From: an uncultured Desulfospira sp.
GTDB lineage: Bacteria > Desulfobacterota > Desulfobacteria > Desulfobacterales > Desulfobacteraceae
Direction: 5' to 3'
Assembly: GCA_963663165.1 (NCBI GenBank)
Contig: OY760175.1
Location: forward strand, 1,056,001-1,120,000
DNA: 64,000 nucleotides
A program made the position numbers and the translations under genes. The number at the start of each line of letters is the position of its first letter. The first letter of the stretch is position 1. Below are positions 62,683 through 64,000 of the stretch, one piece after another. Under the pieces are notes generated by a model. That model searched no databases. It was not told the DNA's origin and was given only the letters and a program-made list of their open reading frames with translations.

Positions 62683-63818
62683 TACCGGGTCAGATCCGCA
62701 TGGATTTCCTTTGCATCAAGAAGGGTTGACCCTAAGACTGTTTGAACGAAGCCGGCAGATTTTTCAGTTTCGGATAAATATTTTTTCAATATTTTGAAAA
62801 ATGGCGTTTTAAAGATTTTTTCAGAAATATGGATATACATTTCTGCCGTTAACGGTCTCCCGTTGGTCAGCGTCTCACTGACTTTTGGATATTTTTTATT
62901 AAAATTGGTTGTGGCCCCGTACAAACTTTTATCAAATTTTAAAATCCGTTCCCCATAATGCTTGGCGTAACTGTTGATGGCTTTGTAGATAGTTATGGGT
63001 GAGATGTAATGTTTTTTGGCATATGAAAAAATTATGGCTACTTTTTTGGTCGTTTCTTTTTGCCGCGTTATATCCCGGTATGCTGTTTGTGAAAGTTCTT
63101 CCGGGAACAAAAAAGCCTGGGCAAACTGATCCGCGAAATCTTCACTTTTGTCGATGTTATCATTTAATGACGGAGAGATCAGATGCCCTAACTCATGAAC
63201 CATCCAAAACAAAAAATCGTTAACATGGCTGTCAATATTCAGATAAACCCATGTTGTTTTTGAGCCTGGCAAAAAAATTCTAAGGGCGTTTCCATGGGCA
63301 TCTTTGTTCCCCCACAAAACGGGGATAATAATAACTTCCAAGTCTACAAATTTTTGGATTAATTTTTCATAGGCTATGGGGTCACCGTTTCCAACGCCGA
63401 TATCCTGCCTTATTTTGGCTGCCACTTTTTGAAGGTAATCATATTCAGATGACGGATTTTTCAACGTCGGCGGCTGAACCAGATTTTCAAACGGATAGAA
63501 TTCAAGAAGCCGCTCTAAAAGCCGCCCCATGTCAGTGGCTTTCTCAAAATGTTCATCCTTTGTCTTCCGGTTCATTTTTTTTCTAAAGGACACCATGGGA
63601 GCCAGAGGACCAGGCTGCTCGATGACCAGTTTATTCAGCGGCAGCCCCAATGTTATCCCGAGTTTGAGCAATTTATCCGGTCTCGGGAATTTATCTTCCT
63701 TTAACCAGTTGGAAATAATGGTCCTGGACACAGACAAAGCCTCAGACAGGTTGGCCTGGTTTAAACCCTTTTCCTGCATGGCGTCCTGAATAAGGGGGAT
63801 ATTTAATTGCTTATTCAT
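62682..63818 (-). CDS. XRE HTH + ImmA/IrrE (COG2856-like) Zn metallopeptidase fusion
   Basis: GLNQANLSEALSVSRTIISNW HTH, SFRK, HELGH (HExxH) and E..AD.FA..FL.P. Confidence 0.88.
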   Translation of the reverse strand: MNKQLNIPLIQDAMQEKGLNQANLSEALSVSRTIISNWLKEDKFPRPDKLLKLGITLGLPLNKLVIEQPGPLAPMVSFRKKMNRKTKDEHFEKATDMGRLLERLLEFYPFENLVQPPTLKNPSSEYDYLQKVAAKIRQDIGVGNGDPIAYEKLIQKFVDLEVIIIPVLWGNKDAHGNALRIFLPGSKTTWVYLNIDSHVNDFLFWMVHELGHLISPSLNDNIDKSEDFADQFAQAFLFPEELSQTAYRDITRQKETTKKVAIIFSYAKKHYISPITIYKAINSYAKHYGERILKFDKSLYGATTNFNKKYPKVSETLTNGRPLTAEMYIHISEKIFKTPFFKILKKYLSETEKSAGFVQTVLGSTLLDAKEIHADLTR

Positions 63819-63867
63819 AGGTTATTATTAATCCTCTTGTAAACTTTTGTCAACTTTAATTTGTGTA

Positions 63868-64000
63868 TTAGAGATCAAGGCCGGCGCCATGCTTTTTTAA
63901 CCATTGCTTTCTTTCGCGGTAATCCGGCATCACCTTGTCCACTTCATTCCAGAACAGGTCGGTGTGATTGCGGTGGTGAATATGGCAAAGCTCGTGAACC
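63868..64000 (-). CDS. 3' end of a YgjP/DUF45 (M48-like) metallopeptidase
   Basis: Not in the ORF track. Manual translation gives VHELCHIHHRNHTDLFWNEVDKVMPDYRERKQWLKKHGAGLDL*. Confidence 0.85.
   Translation of the reverse strand, partial: VHELCHIHHRNHTDLFWNEVDKVMPDYRERKQWLKKHGAGLDL

Overview
This is a moderate-GC bacterial chromosomal window. Gene content and protein style suggest an anaerobic deltaproteobacterium, probably Desulfobacteraceae-like (inference). From left to right it carries: peptidoglycan-recycling genes; a two-domain gamma-carbonic-anhydrase-like protein; a selenocysteine formate dehydrogenase (in-frame UGA plus SECIS, which the ORF track splits in two) with a NuoF/GltD-like flavoprotein partner; a six-gene Ehr (Hyf-like) membrane complex whose large subunit lacks the NiFe cysteines; a PEP-binding-domain orphan; and a receiver/kinase/pseudo-kinase/receiver relay. 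From about 23 to 39.7 kb lies a candidate anaerobic polyhydroxy-aromatic catabolic cluster: TRAP transporter, atypical thiolase plus DUF35, enoyl-CoA hydratase, SDR, cupin, a divergent pyrogallol-transhydroxylase-like Mo enzyme, GntR, two cyclase-family hydrolases and MoeA. The rest holds the ftsEX-envC-ctpA-yibQ operon, TatD, a PAS protein, a second more canonical transhydroxylase pair with IclR, a MoxR/VWA pair, tatA, sigma54-driven glnD-glnB-glnA, mltB and tRNA-Glu(CTC). After the tRNA an AT-rich island begins (PIN protein, XRE-ImmA/IrrE fusion, end of a YgjP/M48 peptidase). Intergenic spaces contain several REP-like, heptamer and ~89-bp structured repeat families. All calls come from reading motifs by eye; no database searches were run.
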